64,000 nt of DNA from Eledone cirrhosa. Its lineage: Eukaryota. Below are positions 1-15,000 of the stretch, piece by piece. Numbering within the stretch: position 1 is the first letter of the stretch; each line of letters begins with the position of its first letter. The DNA is taken from assembly GCA_964016885.1 (NCBI GenBank), contig OZ024746.1, positions 50,282,001-50,346,000 of the forward strand. The letters run 5' to 3'. A program made the position numbers and the translations under genes. The notes below the pieces were generated by a model. That model was not told where the DNA came from, did not search any database, and was given only the letters and a program-made list of their open reading frames with translations.

Positions 1-73
1 TTATTGCATTTTACGATTTACTTCTGCTTTTACTTTTTTTTACGTTTTTCTGTTAAAAGACTGGTTTTTTTGC

Positions 74-3000
74 ATGTTTCGATACCAGTCGGTGAAATCA
101 ATTTTTGAACACAAAATGGTTACTGTTGTAAAAAAGTGTAAAAAGATTAATGCTTTCGAAATATTTACTTCTGCTTTTTCGTTAAAATTTTGCGAAATAT
201 TTACTTCTGCTTTTTCGTTTAAAAGTCATATTTTTACATCTTTCGAAATATTTAAAAAAATCAAATTGTAAATTGATTTCATTGCATTTTACGATTTACT
301 TCTGCTTTTACTTTTTTTACGTTTTTCTGTTAAAAGTCAATCTGCGTTTTCAAATTGCATTTTTCGAAATATTAACTTCTGATTTCGAAAATTGATTTTT
401 TTAGGTTTTTCCAAAAGAATAAATATGAGTCGCTGCATTAATCTTTTTACGTTTTTCGTAAGACTGATTTTTTTGCATGTTTCGAAATATTTAACACCAG
501 TCGGTGAAATCAATTTTTGAACACAAAATGGTTACTTTTCGACCTGTTGTAAAAAAGTGTATAAAAATTAATGCTTTCACAAATCTTTCGAAATACTTAC
601 TTCTGCTTTTTTCTTAAAATTTTGCGAAATTACTTCTGCTTTTTCGTTAAGAAGTCATATTTTAATACATCTTTCGAAATATTTAAAAAAATCAGATTGT
701 AAATTGATTTTATTGCATTTTACGATTTACTTCTGCTTTTACTTTTTTTACGTTTTTCTGTTAAAAGTCAATCTGCGTTTTCAAATTGCATTTTTCGAAA
801 TATTAACTTCTGTTTTCGAAAATTGATTTTTTTAGGTTTTTCCAAAAAGAATAAATATGAGTCGAAATATATACTTCTGCATTAATCTTTTTAACTTTTT
901 CGTAAGACTGGTTTTTTTGCATGTTTCAAAACCAGTCGGTGAAATCAATTTTTGAACACAAAATGGTTACTTTTCGACCTGTTGTAAAAAAGTGTAAAAA
1001 GATTAATGCTTTCGAAATATTTACTTCTGCTTTTTCGTTAAAAAGTCATATTTTTACATCTTTCGAAATATTTAAAAAAATCAAATTGTACATTGATTTT
1101 ATTGCATTTTACGATTTACTTCTGCTTTTACTTTTTTTACGTTTTTCTGTTAAAAGTCAATCTGCGTTTTCAAATTGCATTTTTCGAAATATTAACTTCT
1201 GATTTCGAAAATTGATTTTTTTAGGTTTTTCCAAAAGAATAAATATGAGTCGCTGCATTAATCTTTTTACGTTTTTCGTAAGACTGATTTTTTGCATGTT
1301 TCGAAATATTTAACACCAGTCGGTGAAATCAAGTTTTGAACACAAAATGGTTACTGTTCGACCTGTTGTAAAAAAGTGTAAAAAGATTAATGCTTTCGAA
1401 ATATTTACTTCTGCTTTTTCGTTAAAATTTTGCGAAATATTTACTTCTGCTTTTTCGTTAAAAAGTCATATTTTTACATCTTTCGAAATATTTAAAAAAA
1501 TCAAATTGTAAATTGATTTTATTGCATTTTACGATTTACTTCTGCTTTTACTCTTTTTTACGTTTTTCTGTTGAAAGTCAATCTGCGTTTTCAAATTGCA
1601 TTTTTCGAAATATTAACTTCTCATTTCGAAAATTGATTTTTTCAGGTTTTTCTAAAAAGAATAAATATGAGTCGAAATATATACTTCTGCATTAATCTTT
1701 TTACCTTTTTCGTAAGACTGTTTTTTTTTGCATGTTTAGAAACCGGTCGGTGAAATCAATTTTTGAACACAAAATGGTTACTTTTCGACCTGTTGTAAAA
1801 AAGTGTAAAAAGATTAATTCTTTCGAAATATTTACTTCTGCTTTTTCGTTAAAATTTTGCGAAATATTTACTTCTGCTTTTTCGTTAAGAAGTCATATTT
1901 TTACATCTTTCTAAATATTTAAAAAATCAAATTGTAAATTGATCTTATTGCATTTTACGATTTACTTCTGCTTTTTCGAAATATTAGCTTCTGTTTTCGA
2001 AAATTGATTTTTTTAGGTTTTTCCAAAAAGAATAAATATGAGTCGAAATATATACTTCTGCATTAATCTTTTTACCTTTTTCGTAAGACTGGTTTTTTTG
2101 CATGTTTTGAAACCAGTCGGTGAAATCAATTTTTGAACACAAAATGGTTACTTTTCGACCTGTTGTAAAAAAGTGTACAAAGATTAATGCCTTCGAAATA
2201 TTTACTTCTGCTTTTTCGTTAAAAAGTCATATTTTTACATCTTTCGAAATATTTAAAAAAATCAGATTGTAAATTGATTTTATTGCATTTTACGATTTAC
2301 TTCTGCTTTTACTTTTTTTACGTTTTTCTGTTAAAAGTCAATCTGCGTTTTCAAATTGCATTTTTCGAAATATTAACTTCTGATTTCGAAAATTGATTTT
2401 TTTAGGTTTTTCCAAAAAGAATAAATATGAGTCGAAATATATACTTCTGCATTAATCTTTTTACGTTTTTCGTAAGACTGATTTTTTTGCATGTTTCGAA
2501 ATATTTAACACCAGTCGGTGAAATCAATTTTTGAACACTAAATGGTTACTTTTCGACCTGTTGTAAAAAAGTGTAAAAAGATTAATGCTTTCGAAATATT
2601 TACTTCTGCTTTTTCGTTAATATTTTGCGAAATATTTACTTCTGCTTTTTCATTAAAAAGTCATATTTTTACATCTTTCGAAATATTTAAAAAAATCAAA
2701 TTGTACATTGATTTTATTGCATTTTACGATTTACTTCTGCTTTTACTTTTTTTACGTTTTTCTGTTAAAAGTCAATCTGCGTTTTCAAATTGCATTTTTC
2801 GAAATATTAACTTCTGATTTCGAAAATTGATTTTTTTAGGTTTTTCCAAAAGAATAAATATGAGTCGCTGCATTAATCTTTTTACGTTTTTCGTAAGACT
2901 GATTTTTTTGCATGTTTCTAAATATTTAACACCAGTCGGTGAAATCAATTTTTGAACACAAAATGGTTACTTTTCGAACTGTTGTAAAAAAGTGTAAAAA

Positions 3001-6000
3001 GATTAATGCTTTCGAAATATTTACTTCTGCTTTTTCGTTAAAATTTTGCGAAATATTTACTTCTGCTTTTTCGTTGAAAAGTCATATTTTTACATCTTTC
3101 GAAATATTTACAAAAATCAAATTGTGAATTGATTTTATTGCATTTTACGATTTACTTCTGCTTTTACTTTTTTTACGTTTTTCTGTTAAAAGTCAATCTG
3201 CGTTTTCAAATTGCATTTTTCGAAATATTAACTTCTGATTTCGAAAATTGATTTTTTTAGGTTTTTCCAAAAAGAATAAATATGAGTCGAAATATATACT
3301 TCTGCATTAATCTTTTTACGTTTTTATATCTTTCGAAATATTAAAAAAAATCAAATTGTGAATTGATTTTTTGCATTTTACGATTTACTTCTGCTTTTAC
3401 CTTTTTTACGTTTTTCTGTTAAAAGACTGGTTTTTTTGCATGTTTCGAAACCAGTCGGTGAAATCAATTTTTGAACACAAAATGGTTACTTTTCGACCTG
3501 TTGTAAAAAAGTATGAAAAGATTAATTCTTTCGAAATATTTACTTCTGCTTTTTCGTTAAAATTTTGCGAAATATTTACTTCTGCTTTTTAGTTAAAATT
3601 CATATTTTTACATCTTTCGAAACATTTAAAAAAATCAAATTGTAAATTGACTTTATTGCATTTTACGATTTATTTCTGCTTTTTCGAAATATTAACTTCT
3701 GTTTTCGAAAATTGATTTTTTTAGGTTTTTCCAAAAAGAATAAATATGAGTCGAAATATATACTTGTGCATTAATCTTTTTACGTTTTTCGTAAGACTGA
3801 TTTTTTTGCATGTTTCGAAATATTTAACACCAGTCGGTGAAATCAATTTTTGAACACAAAATCGTTACTTTTGGACCTGTTGTAAAAAAGTGTAAAGAAA
3901 TTAATGCTTTCACAAATCTTTCGAAATATTTACTTCTGCTTTTTCGTTAAAATTTTGCGAAATATTTACTTCTGCTTTTTCGTTAAAAAGTCATATTTTT
4001 ACATCTTTCTAAATATTTAAAAAAATCAAATTGTATATTGATTTTATTGCATTTTACGATTTACTTCTGCTTTTTCGAAATATTAACTTCTGTTTTCGAA
4101 AATTGATTTTTTTAGGTTTTTCCAAAAAGAATAAATATGAGTCGAAATATATACTTCTGCATTAATCTTTTTACCTTTTTCGTAAGACTGTTTTTTTTGC
4201 ATGTTTCGAAACCAGTCGGTGAAATCAATTTTTGAACACAAAATGGTTACTTTTCGACCTGTTGTAAAAAGTATACAAAGATTAATGCTTTCGAAATATT
4301 TACTTCTGCTTTTTCGTTAAAAAGTCATATTTTTACATCTTTTGAAATATTTAAAAAAATCAAATTGTAAATTGATTTTATTGCATTTTACGATTTACTT
4401 CTGCTTTTACTTTTTTTACGTTTTTCTGTTAAAAGTCAATCTGCGTTTTCAAATTGCATTTTTCGAAATATTAACTTCTGATTTCAAAAATTGATTTTTT
4501 TTTAGGTTTTTTCAAAAAGAATAAATATGAGTCGAAATATATACTTCTGCATTAATCTTTTTACGTTTTTATATCTTTCGAAATATTTAAAAAAATCAAA
4601 TTGTAAATTGTTTTTATTGCATTTTACGATTTACTTCTGCTTTTACTTTTTTTTACGTTTTTCTGTTAAAAGACTGGTTTTTTTGCATGTTTCGATACCA
4701 GTCGGTGAAATCAATTTTTGAACACAAAATGGTTACTTTTCGACCTGTTGTAAAAAAGTGTAAAAAGATTAATGCTTTCGAAATATTTACTTCTGCTTTT
4801 TCGTTAAAATTTTGCGAAATATTTACTTCTGCTTTTTCGTTTAAAAGTCATATTTTTACATCTTTCGAAATATTTAAAAAAATCAAATTGTAAATTGATT
4901 TCATTGCATTTTACGATTTACTTCTGCTTTTACTTTTTTTACGTTTTTCTGTTAAAAGTCAATCTGCGTTTTCAAATTGCATTTTTCGAAATATTAACTT
5001 CTGATTTCGAAAATTGATTTTTTTAGGTTTTTCCAAAAGAATAAATATGAGTCGCTGCATTAATCTTTTTACGTTTTTCGTAAGACTGATTTTTTTGCAT
5101 GTTTCGAAATATTTAACACCAGTCGGTGAAATCAATTTTTGAACACAAAATGGTTACTTTTCGACCTGTTGTAAAAAAGTGTATAAAAATTAATGCTTTC
5201 ACAAATCTTTCGAAATACTTACTTCTGCTTTTTTCTTAAAATTTTGCGAAATTACTTCTGCTTTTTCGTTAAGAAGTCATATTTTAATACATCTTTCGAA
5301 ATATTTAAAAAAATCAGATTGTAAATTGATTTTATTGCATTTTACGATTTACTTCTGCTTTTACTTTTTTTACGTTTTTCTGTTAAAAGTCAATCTGCGT
5401 TTTCAAATTGCATTTTTCGAAATATTAACTTCTGTTTTCGAAAATTGATTTTTTTAGGTTTTTCCAAAAAGAATAAATATGAGTCGAAATATATACTTCT
5501 GCATTAATCTTTTTAACTTTTTCGTAAGACTGGTTTTTTTGCATGTTTCAAAACCAGTCGGTGAAATCAATTTTTGAACACAAAATGGTTACTTTTCGAC
5601 CTGTTGTAAAAAAGTGTAAAAAGATTAATGCTTTCGAAATATTTACTTCTGCTTTTTCGTTAAAAAGTCATATTTTTACATCTTTCGAAATATTTAAAAA
5701 AATCAAATTGTACATTGATTTTATTGCATTTTACGATTTACTTCTGCTTTTACTTTTTTTACGTTTTTCTGTTAAAAGTCAATCTGCGTTTTCAAATTGC
5801 ATTTTTCGAAATATTAACTTCTGATTTCGAAAATTGATTTTTTTAGGTTTTTCCAAAAGAATAAATATGAGTCGCTGCATTAATCTTTTTACGTTTTTCG
5901 TAAGACTGATTTTTTGCATGTTTCGAAATATTTAACACCAGTCGGTGAAATCAAGTTTTGAACACAAAATGGTTACTGTTCGACCTGTTGTAAAAAAGTG

Positions 6001-9000
6001 TAAAAAGATTAATGCTTTCGAAATATTTACTTCTGCTTTTTCGTTAAAATTTTGCGAAATATTTACTTCTGCATTTTCGTTAAAAAGTCATATTTTTACA
6101 TCTTTCGAAATATTTAAAAAAATCAAATTGTAAATTGATTTTATTGCATTTTACGATTTACTTCTGCTTTTACTCTTTTTTACGTTTTTCTGTTGAAAGT
6201 CAATCTGCGTTTTCAAATTGCATTTTTCGAAATATTAACTTCTCATTTCGAAAATTGATTTTTTCAGGTTTTTCTAAAAAGAATAAATATGAGTCGAAAT
6301 ATATACTTCTGCATTAATCTTTTTACCTTTTTCGTAAGACTGTTTTTTTTTGCATGTTTAGAAACCGGTCGGTGAAATCAATTTTTGAACACAAAATGGT
6401 TACTTTTCGACCTGTTGTAAAAAAGTGTAAAAAGATTAATTCTTTCGAAATATTTACTTCTGCTTTTTCGTTAAAATTTTGCGAAATATTTACTTCTGCT
6501 TTTTCGTTAAGAAGTCATATTTTTACATCTTTCTAAATATTTAAAAAATCAAATTGTAAATTGATCTTATTGCATTTTACGATTTACTTCTGCTTTTTCG
6601 AAATATTAGCTTCTGTTTTCGAAAATTGATTTTTTTAGGTTTTTCCAAAAAGAATAAATATGAGTCGAAATATATACTTCTGCATTAATCTTTTTACCTT
6701 TTTCGTAAGACTGGTTTTTTTGCATGTTTTGAAACCAGTCGGTGAAATCAATTTTTGAACACAAAATGGTTACTTTTCGACCTGTTGTAAAAAAGTGTAC
6801 AAAGATTAATGCCTTCGAAATATTTACTTCTGCTTTTTCGTTAAAAAGTCATATTTTTACATCTTTCGAAATATTTAAAAAAATCAGATTGTAAATTGAT
6901 TTTATTGCATTTTACGATTTACTTCTGCTTTTACTTTTTTTACGTTTTTCTGTTAAAAGTCAATCTGCGTTTTCAAATTGCATTTTTCGAAATATTAACT
7001 TCTGATTTCGAAAATTGATTTTTTTAGGTTTTTCCAAAAAGAATAAATATGAGTCGAAATATATACTTCTGCATTAATCTTTTTACGTTTTTCGTAAGAC
7101 TGATTTTTTTGCATGTTTCGAAATATTTAACACCAGTCGGTGAAATCAATTTTTGAACACTAAATGGTTACTTTTCGACCTGTTGTAAAAAAGTGTAAAA
7201 AGATTAATGCTTTCGAAATATTTACTTCTGCTTTTTCGTTAATATTTTGCGAAATATTTACTTCTGCTTTTTCATTAAAAAGTCATATTTTTACATCTTT
7301 CGAAATATTTAAAAAAATCAAATTGTACATTGATTTTATTGCATTTTACGATTTACTTCTGCTTTTACTTTTTTTACGTTTTTCTGTTAAAAGTCAATCT
7401 GCGTTTTCAAATTGCATTTTTCGAAATATTAACTTCTGATTTCGAAAATTGATTTTTTTAGGTTTTTCCAAAAGAATAAATATGAGTCGCTGCATTAATC
7501 TTTTTACGTTTTTCGTAAGACTGATTTTTTTGCATGTTTCTAAATATTTAACACCAGTCGGTGAAATCAATTTTTGAACACAAAATGGTTACTTTTCGAA
7601 CTGTTGTAAAAAAGTGTAAAAAGATTAATGCTTTCGAAATATTTACTTCTGCTTTTTCGTTAAAATTTTGCGAAATATTTACTTCTGCTTTTTCGTTGAA
7701 AAGTCATATTTTTACATCTTTCGAAATATTTACAAAAATCAAATTGTGAATTGATTTTATTGCATTTTACGATTTACTTCTGCTTTTACTTTTTTTACGT
7801 TTTTCTGTTAAAAGTCAATCTGCGTTTTCAAATTGCATTTTTCGAAATATTAACTTCTGATTTCGAAAATTGATTTTTTTAGGTTTTTCCAAAAAGAATA
7901 AATATGAGTCGAAATATATACTTCTGCATTAATCTTTTTACGTTTTTATATCTTTCGAAATATTAAAAAAAATCAAATTGTGAATTGATTTTTTGCATTT
8001 TACGATTTACTTCTGCTTTTACCTTTTTTACGTTTTTCTGTTAAAAGACTGGTTTTTTTGCATGTTTCGAAACCAGTCGGTGAAATCAATTTTTGAACAC
8101 AAAATGGTTACTTTTCGACCTGTTGTAAAAAAGTATGAAAAGATTAATTCTTTCGAAATATTTACTTCTGCTTTTTCGTTAAAATTTTGCGAAATATTTA
8201 CTTCTGCTTTTTCGGTAAAATTTTGCGAAATATTTACTTCTGCTTTTTCGTTAAAATTTTGCGAAATATTTACTTCTGCTTTTTAGTTAAAATTCATATT
8301 TTTACATCTTTCGAAACATTTAAAAAAATCAAATTGTAAATTGACTTTATTGCATTTTACGATTTATTTCTGCTTTTTCGAAATATTAACTTCTATTTTC
8401 GAAAATTGATTTTTTTAGGTTTTTCCAAAAAGAATAAATATGAGTCGAAATATATACTTGTGCATTAATCTTTTTACGTTTTTCGTAAGACTGATTTTTT
8501 TGCATGTTTCGAAATATTTAACACCAGTCGGTGAAATCAATTTTTGAACACAAAATCGTTACTTTTGGACCTGTTGTAAAAAAGTGTAAAGAAATTAATG
8601 CTTTCACAAATCTTTCGAAATATTTACTTCTGCTTTTTCGTTAAAATTTTGCGAAATATTTACTTCTGCTTTTTCGTTAAAAAGTCATATTTTTACATCT
8701 TTCTAAATATTTAAAAAAATCAAATTGTATATTGATTTTATTGCATTTTACGATTTACTTCTGCTTTTTCGAAATATTAACTTCTGTTTTCGAAAATTGA
8801 TTTTTTTAGGTTTTTCCAAAAAGAATAAATATGAGTCGAAATATATACTTCTGCATTAATCTTTTTACCTTTTTCGTAAGACTGTTTTTTTTGCATGTTT
8901 CGAAACCAGTCGGTGAAATCAATTTTTGAACACAAAATGGTTACTTTTCGACCTGTTGTAAAAAGTATACAAAGATTAATGCTTTCGAAATATTTACTTC

Positions 9001-12000
9001 TGCTTTTTCGTTAAAAAGTCATATTTTTACATCTTTTGAAATATTTAAAAAAATCAAATTGTAAATTGATTTTATTGCATTTTACGATTTACTTCTGCTT
9101 TTACTTTTTTTACGTTTTTCTGTTAAAAGTCAATCTGCGTTTTCAAATTGCATTTTTCGAAATATTAACTTCTGATTTCAAAAATTGATTTTTTTTTAGG
9201 TTTTTTCAAAAAGAATAAATATGAGTCGAAATATATACTTCTGCATTAATCTTTTTACGTTTTTATATCTTTCGAAATATTTAAAAAAATCAAATTGTAA
9301 ATTGTTTTTATTGCATTTTACGATTTACTTCTGCTTTTACTTTTTTTTACGTTTTTCTGTTAAAAGACTGGTTTTTTTGCATGTTTCGATACCAGTCGGT
9401 GAAATCAATTTTTGAACACAAAATGGTTACTTTTCGACCTGTTGTAAAAAAGTGTAAAAAGATTAATGCTTTCGAAATATTTACTTCTGCTTTTTCGTTA
9501 AAATTTTGCGAAATATTTACTTCTGCTTTTTCGTTTAAAAGTCATATTTTTACATCTTTCGAAATATTTAAAAAAATCAAATTGTAAATTGATTTCATTG
9601 CATTTTACGATTTACTTCTGCTTTTACTTTTTTTACGTTTTTCTGTTAAAAGTCAATCTGCGTTTTCAAATTGCATTTTTCGAAATATTAACTTCTGATT
9701 TCGAAAATTGATTTTTTTAGGTTTTTCCAAAAGAATAAATATGAGTCGCTTCATTAATCTTTTTACGTTTTTCGTAAGACTGATTTTTTTGCATGTTTCG
9801 AAATATTTAACACCAGTCGGTGAAATCAATTTTTGAACACAAAATGGTTACTTTTCGACCTGTTGTAAAAAAGTGTATAAAAATTAATGCTTTCACAAAT
9901 CTTTCGAAATACTTACTTCTGCTTTTTTCTTAAAATTTTGCGAAATTACTTCTGCTTTTTCGTTAAGAAGTCATATTTTAATACATCTTTCGAAATATTT
10001 AAAAAAATCAGATTGTAAATTGATTTTATTGCATTTTACGATTTACTTCTGCTTTTACTTTTTTTACGTTTTTCTGTTAAAAGTCAATCTGCGTTTTCAA
10101 ATTGCATTTTTCGAAATATTAACTTCTGTTTTCGAAAATTGATTTTTTTAGGTTTTTCCAAAAAGAATAAATATGAGTCGAAATATATACTTCTGCATTA
10201 ATCTTTTTAACTTTTTCGTAAGACTGGTTTTTTTGCATGTTTCAAAACCAGTCGGTGAAATCAATTTTTGAACACAAAATGGTTACTTTTCGACCTGTTG
10301 TAAAAAAGTGTAAAAAGATTAATGCTTTCGAAATATTTACTTCTGCTTTTTCGTTAAAAAGTCATATTTTTACATCTTTCGAAATATTTAAAAAAATCAA
10401 ATTGTACATTGATTTTATTGCATTTTACGATTTACTTCTGCTTTTACTTTTTTTACGTTTTTCTGTTAAAAGTCAATCTGCGTTTTCAAATTGCATTTTT
10501 CGAAATATTAACTTCTGATTTCGAAAATTGATTTTTTTAGGTTTTTCCAAAAGAATAAATATGAGTCGCTGCATTAATCTTTTTACGTTTTTCGTAAGAC
10601 TGATTTTTTGCATGTTTCGAAATATTTAACACCAGTCGGTGAAATCAAGTTTTGAACACAAAATGGTTACTGTTCGACCTGTTGTAAAAAAGTGTAAAAA
10701 GATTAATGCTTTCGAAATATTTACTTCTGCTTTTTCGTTAAAATTTTGCGAAATATTTACTTCTGCTTTTTCGTTAAAAAGTCATATTTTTACATCTTTC
10801 GAAATATTAAAAAAAATCAAATTGTAAATTGATTTTATTGCATTTTACGATTTACTTCTGCTTTTACTCTTTTTTACGTTTTTCTGTTGAAAGTCAATCT
10901 GCGTTTTCAAATTGCATTTTTCGAAATATTAACTTCTCATTTCGAAAATTGATTTTTTCAGGTTTTTCTAAAAAGAATAAATATGAGTCGAAATATATAC
11001 TTCTGCATTAATCTTTTTACCTTTTTCGTAAGACTGTTTTTTTTTGCATGTTTAGAAACCGGTCGGTGAAATCAATTTTTGAACACAAAATGGTTACTTT
11101 TCGACCTGTTGTAAAAAAGTGTAAAAAGATTAATTCTTTCGAAATATTTACTTCTGCTTTTTCGTTAAAATTTTGCGAAATATTTACTTCTGCTTTTTCG
11201 TTAAGAAGTCATATTTTTACATCTTTCTAAATATTTAAAAAATCAAATTGTAAATTGATCTTATTGCATTTTACGATTTACTTCTGCTTTTTCGAAATAT
11301 TAGCTTCTGTTTTCGAAAATTGATTTTTTAAGGTTTTTCCAAAAAGAATAAATATGAGTCGAAATATATACTTCTGCATTAATCTTTTTACCTTTTTCGT
11401 AAGACTGGTTTTTTTGCATGTTTTGAAACCAGTCGGTGAAATCAATTTTTGAACACAAAATGGTTACTTTTCGACCTGTTGTAAAAAAGTGTACAAAGAT
11501 TAATGCCTTCGAAATATTTACTTCTGCTTTTTCGTTAAAAAGTCATATTTTTACATCTTTCGAAATATTTAAAAAAATCAGATTGTAAATTGATTTTATT
11601 GCATTTTACGATTTACTTCTGCTTTTACTTTTTTTACGTTTTTCTGTTAAAAGTCAATCTGCGTTTTCAAATTGCATTTTTCGAAATATTAACTTCTGAT
11701 TTCGAAAATTGATTTTTTTAGGTTTTTCCAAAAAGAATAAATATGAGTCGAAATATATACTTCTGCATTAATCTTTTTACGTTTTTCGTAAGACTGATTT
11801 TTTTGCATGTTTCGAAATATTTAACACCAGTCGGTGAAATCAATTTTTGAACACTAAATGGTTACTTTTCGACCTGTTGTAAAAAAGTGTAAAAAGATTA
11901 ATGCTTTCGAAATATTTACTTCTGCTTTTTCGTTAATATTTTGCGAAATATTTACTTCTGCTTTTTCATTAAAAAGTCATATTTTTACATCTTTCGAAAT

Positions 12001-15000
12001 ATTTAAAAAAATCAAATTGTACATTGATTTTATTGCATTTTACGATTTACTTCTGCTTTTACTTTTTTTACGTTTTTCTGTTAAAAGTCAATCTGCGTTT
12101 TCAAATTGCATTTTTCGAAATATTAACTTCTGATTTCGAAAATTGATTTTTTTAGGTTTTTCCAAAAGAATAAATATGAGTCGCTGCATTAATCTTTTTA
12201 CGTTTTTCGTAAGACTGATTTTTTTGCATGTTTCTAAATATTTAACACCAGTCGGTGAAATCAATTTTTGAACACAAAATGGTTACTTTTCGAACTGTTG
12301 TAAAAAAGTGTAAAAAGATTAATGCTTTCGAAATATTTACTTCTGCTTTTTCGTTAAAAATTTGCGAAATATTTACTTCTGCTTTTTCGTTGAAAAGTCA
12401 TATTTTTACATCTTTCGAAATATTTACAAAAATCAAATTGTGAATTGATTTTATTGCATTTTACGATTTACTTCTGCTTTTACTTTTTTTACGTTTTTCT
12501 GTTAAAAGTCAATCTGCGTTTTCAAATTGCATTTTTCGAAATATTAACTTCTGATTTCGAAAATTGATTTTTTTAGGTTTTTCCAAAAAGAATAAATATG
12601 AGTCGAAATATATACTTCTGCATTAATCTTTTTACGTTTTTATATCTTTCGAAATATTAAAAAAAATCAAATTGTGAATTGATTTTTTGCATTTTACGAT
12701 TTACTTCTGCTTTTACCTTTTTTACGTTTTTCTGTTAAAAGACTGGTTTTTTTGCATGTTTCGAAACCAGTCGGTGAAATCAATTTTTGAACACAAAATG
12801 GTTACTTTTCGACCTGTTGTAAAAAAGTATGAAAAGATTAATTCTTTCGAAATATTTACTTCTGCTTTTTCGTTAAAATTTTGCGAAATATTTACTTCTG
12901 CTTTTTCGGTAAAATTTTGCGAAATATTTACTTCTGCTTTTTCGTTAAAATTTTGCGAAATATTTACTTCTGCTTTTTAGTTAAAATTCATATTTTTACA
13001 TCTTTCGAAACATTTAAAAAAATCAAATTGTAAATTGACTTTATTGCATTTTACGATTTATTTCTGCTTTTTCGAAATATTAACTTCTGTTTTCGAAAAT
13101 TGATTTTTTTAGGTTTTTCCAAAAAGAATAAATATGAGTCGAAATATATACTTGTGCATTAATCTTTTTACGTTTTTCGTAAGACTGATTTTTTTGCATG
13201 TTTCGAAATATTTAACACCAGTCGGTGAAATCAATTTTTGAACACAAAATCGTTACTTTTGGACCTGTTGTAAAAAAGTGTAAAGAAATTAATGCTTTCA
13301 CAAATCTTTCGAAATATTTACTTCTGCTTTTTCGTTAAAATTTTGCGAAATATTTACTTCTGCTTTTTCGTTAAAAAGTCATATTTTTACATCTTTCTAA
13401 ATATTTAAAAAAATCAAATTGTATATTGATTTTATTGCATTTTACGATTTACTTCTGCTTTTTCGAAATATTAACTTCTGTTTTCGAAAATTGATTTTTT
13501 TAGGTTTTTCCAAAAAGAATAAATATGAGTCGAAATATATACTTCTGCATTAATCTTTTTACCTTTTTCGTAAGACTGTTTTTTTTGCATGTTTCGAAAC
13601 CAGTCGGTGAAATCAATTTTTGAACACAAAATGGTTACTTTTCGACCTGTTGTAAAAAGTATACAAAGATTAATGCTTTCGAAATATTTACTTCTGCTTT
13701 TTCGTTAAAAAGTCATATTTTTACATCTTTTGAAATATTTAAAAAAATCAAATTGTACATTGATTTTATTGCATTTTACGATTTACTTCTGCTTTTACTT
13801 TTTTTACGTTTTTCTGTTAAAAGTCAATCTGCGTTTTCAAATTGCATTTTTCGAAATATTAACTTCTGATTTCAAAAATTGATTTTTTTTTAGGTTTTTT
13901 CAAAAAGAATAAATATGAGTCGAAATATATACTTCTGCATTAATCTTTTTACGTTTTTATATCTTTCGAAATATTTAAAAAAATCAAATTGTAAATTGTT
14001 TTTATTGCATTTTACGATTTACTTCTGCTTTTACTTTTTTTTACGTTTTTCTGTTAAAAGACTGGTTTTTTTGCATGTTTCGATACCAGTCGGTGAAATC
14101 AATTTTTGAACACAAAATGGTTACTTTTCGACCTGTTGTAAAAAAGTGTAAAAAGATTAATGCTTTCGAAATATTTACTTCTGCTTTTTCGTTAAAATTT
14201 TGCGAAATATTTACTTCTGCTTTTTCGTTTAAAAGTCATATTTTTACATCTTTCGAAATATTTAAAAAAATCAAATTGTAAATTGATTTCATTGCATTTT
14301 ACGATTTACTTCTGCTTTTACTTTTTTTACGTTTTTCTGTTAAAAGTCAATCTGCGTTTTCAAATTGCATTTTTCGAAATATTAACTTCTGATTTCGAAA
14401 ATTGATTTTTTTAGGTTTTTCCAAAAGAATAAATATGAGTCGCTGCATTAATCTGTTTACGTTTTTCGTAAGACTGATTTTTTTGCATGTTTCGAAATAT
14501 TTAACACCAGTCGGTGAAATCAATTTTTGAACACAAAATGGTTACTTTTCGACCTGTTGTAAAAAAGTGTATAAAAATTAATGCTTTCACAAATCTTTCG
14601 AAATACTTACTTCTGCTTTTTTCTTAAAATTTTGCGAAATTACTTCTGCTTTTTCGTTAAGAAGTCATATTTTAATACATCTTTCGAAATATTTAAAAAA
14701 ATCAGATTGTAAATTGATTTTATTGCATTTTACGATTTACTTCTGCTTTTACTTTTTTTACGTTTTTCTGTTAAAAGTCAATCTGCGTTTTCAAATTGCA
14801 TTTTTCGAAATATTAACTTCTGTTTTCGAAAATTGATTTTTTTAGGTTTTTCCAAAAAGAATAAATATGAGTCGAAATATATACTTCTGCATTAATCTTT
14901 TTAACTTTTTCGTAAGACTGGTTTTTTTGCATGTTTCAAAACCAGTCGGTGAAATCAATTTTTGAACACAAAATGGTTACTTTTCGACCTGTTGTAAAAA

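Noticed and set aside
121-130. 9-bp deletion (TTTCGACCT) in the first monomer
   Set aside because: The difference is real (period 4613) but is a single microhomology deletion with no wider significance.
8154-8294. 36-bp repeats resembling CRISPR direct repeats
   Set aside because: They are head-to-tail with no unique spacers, no leader and no cas genes.
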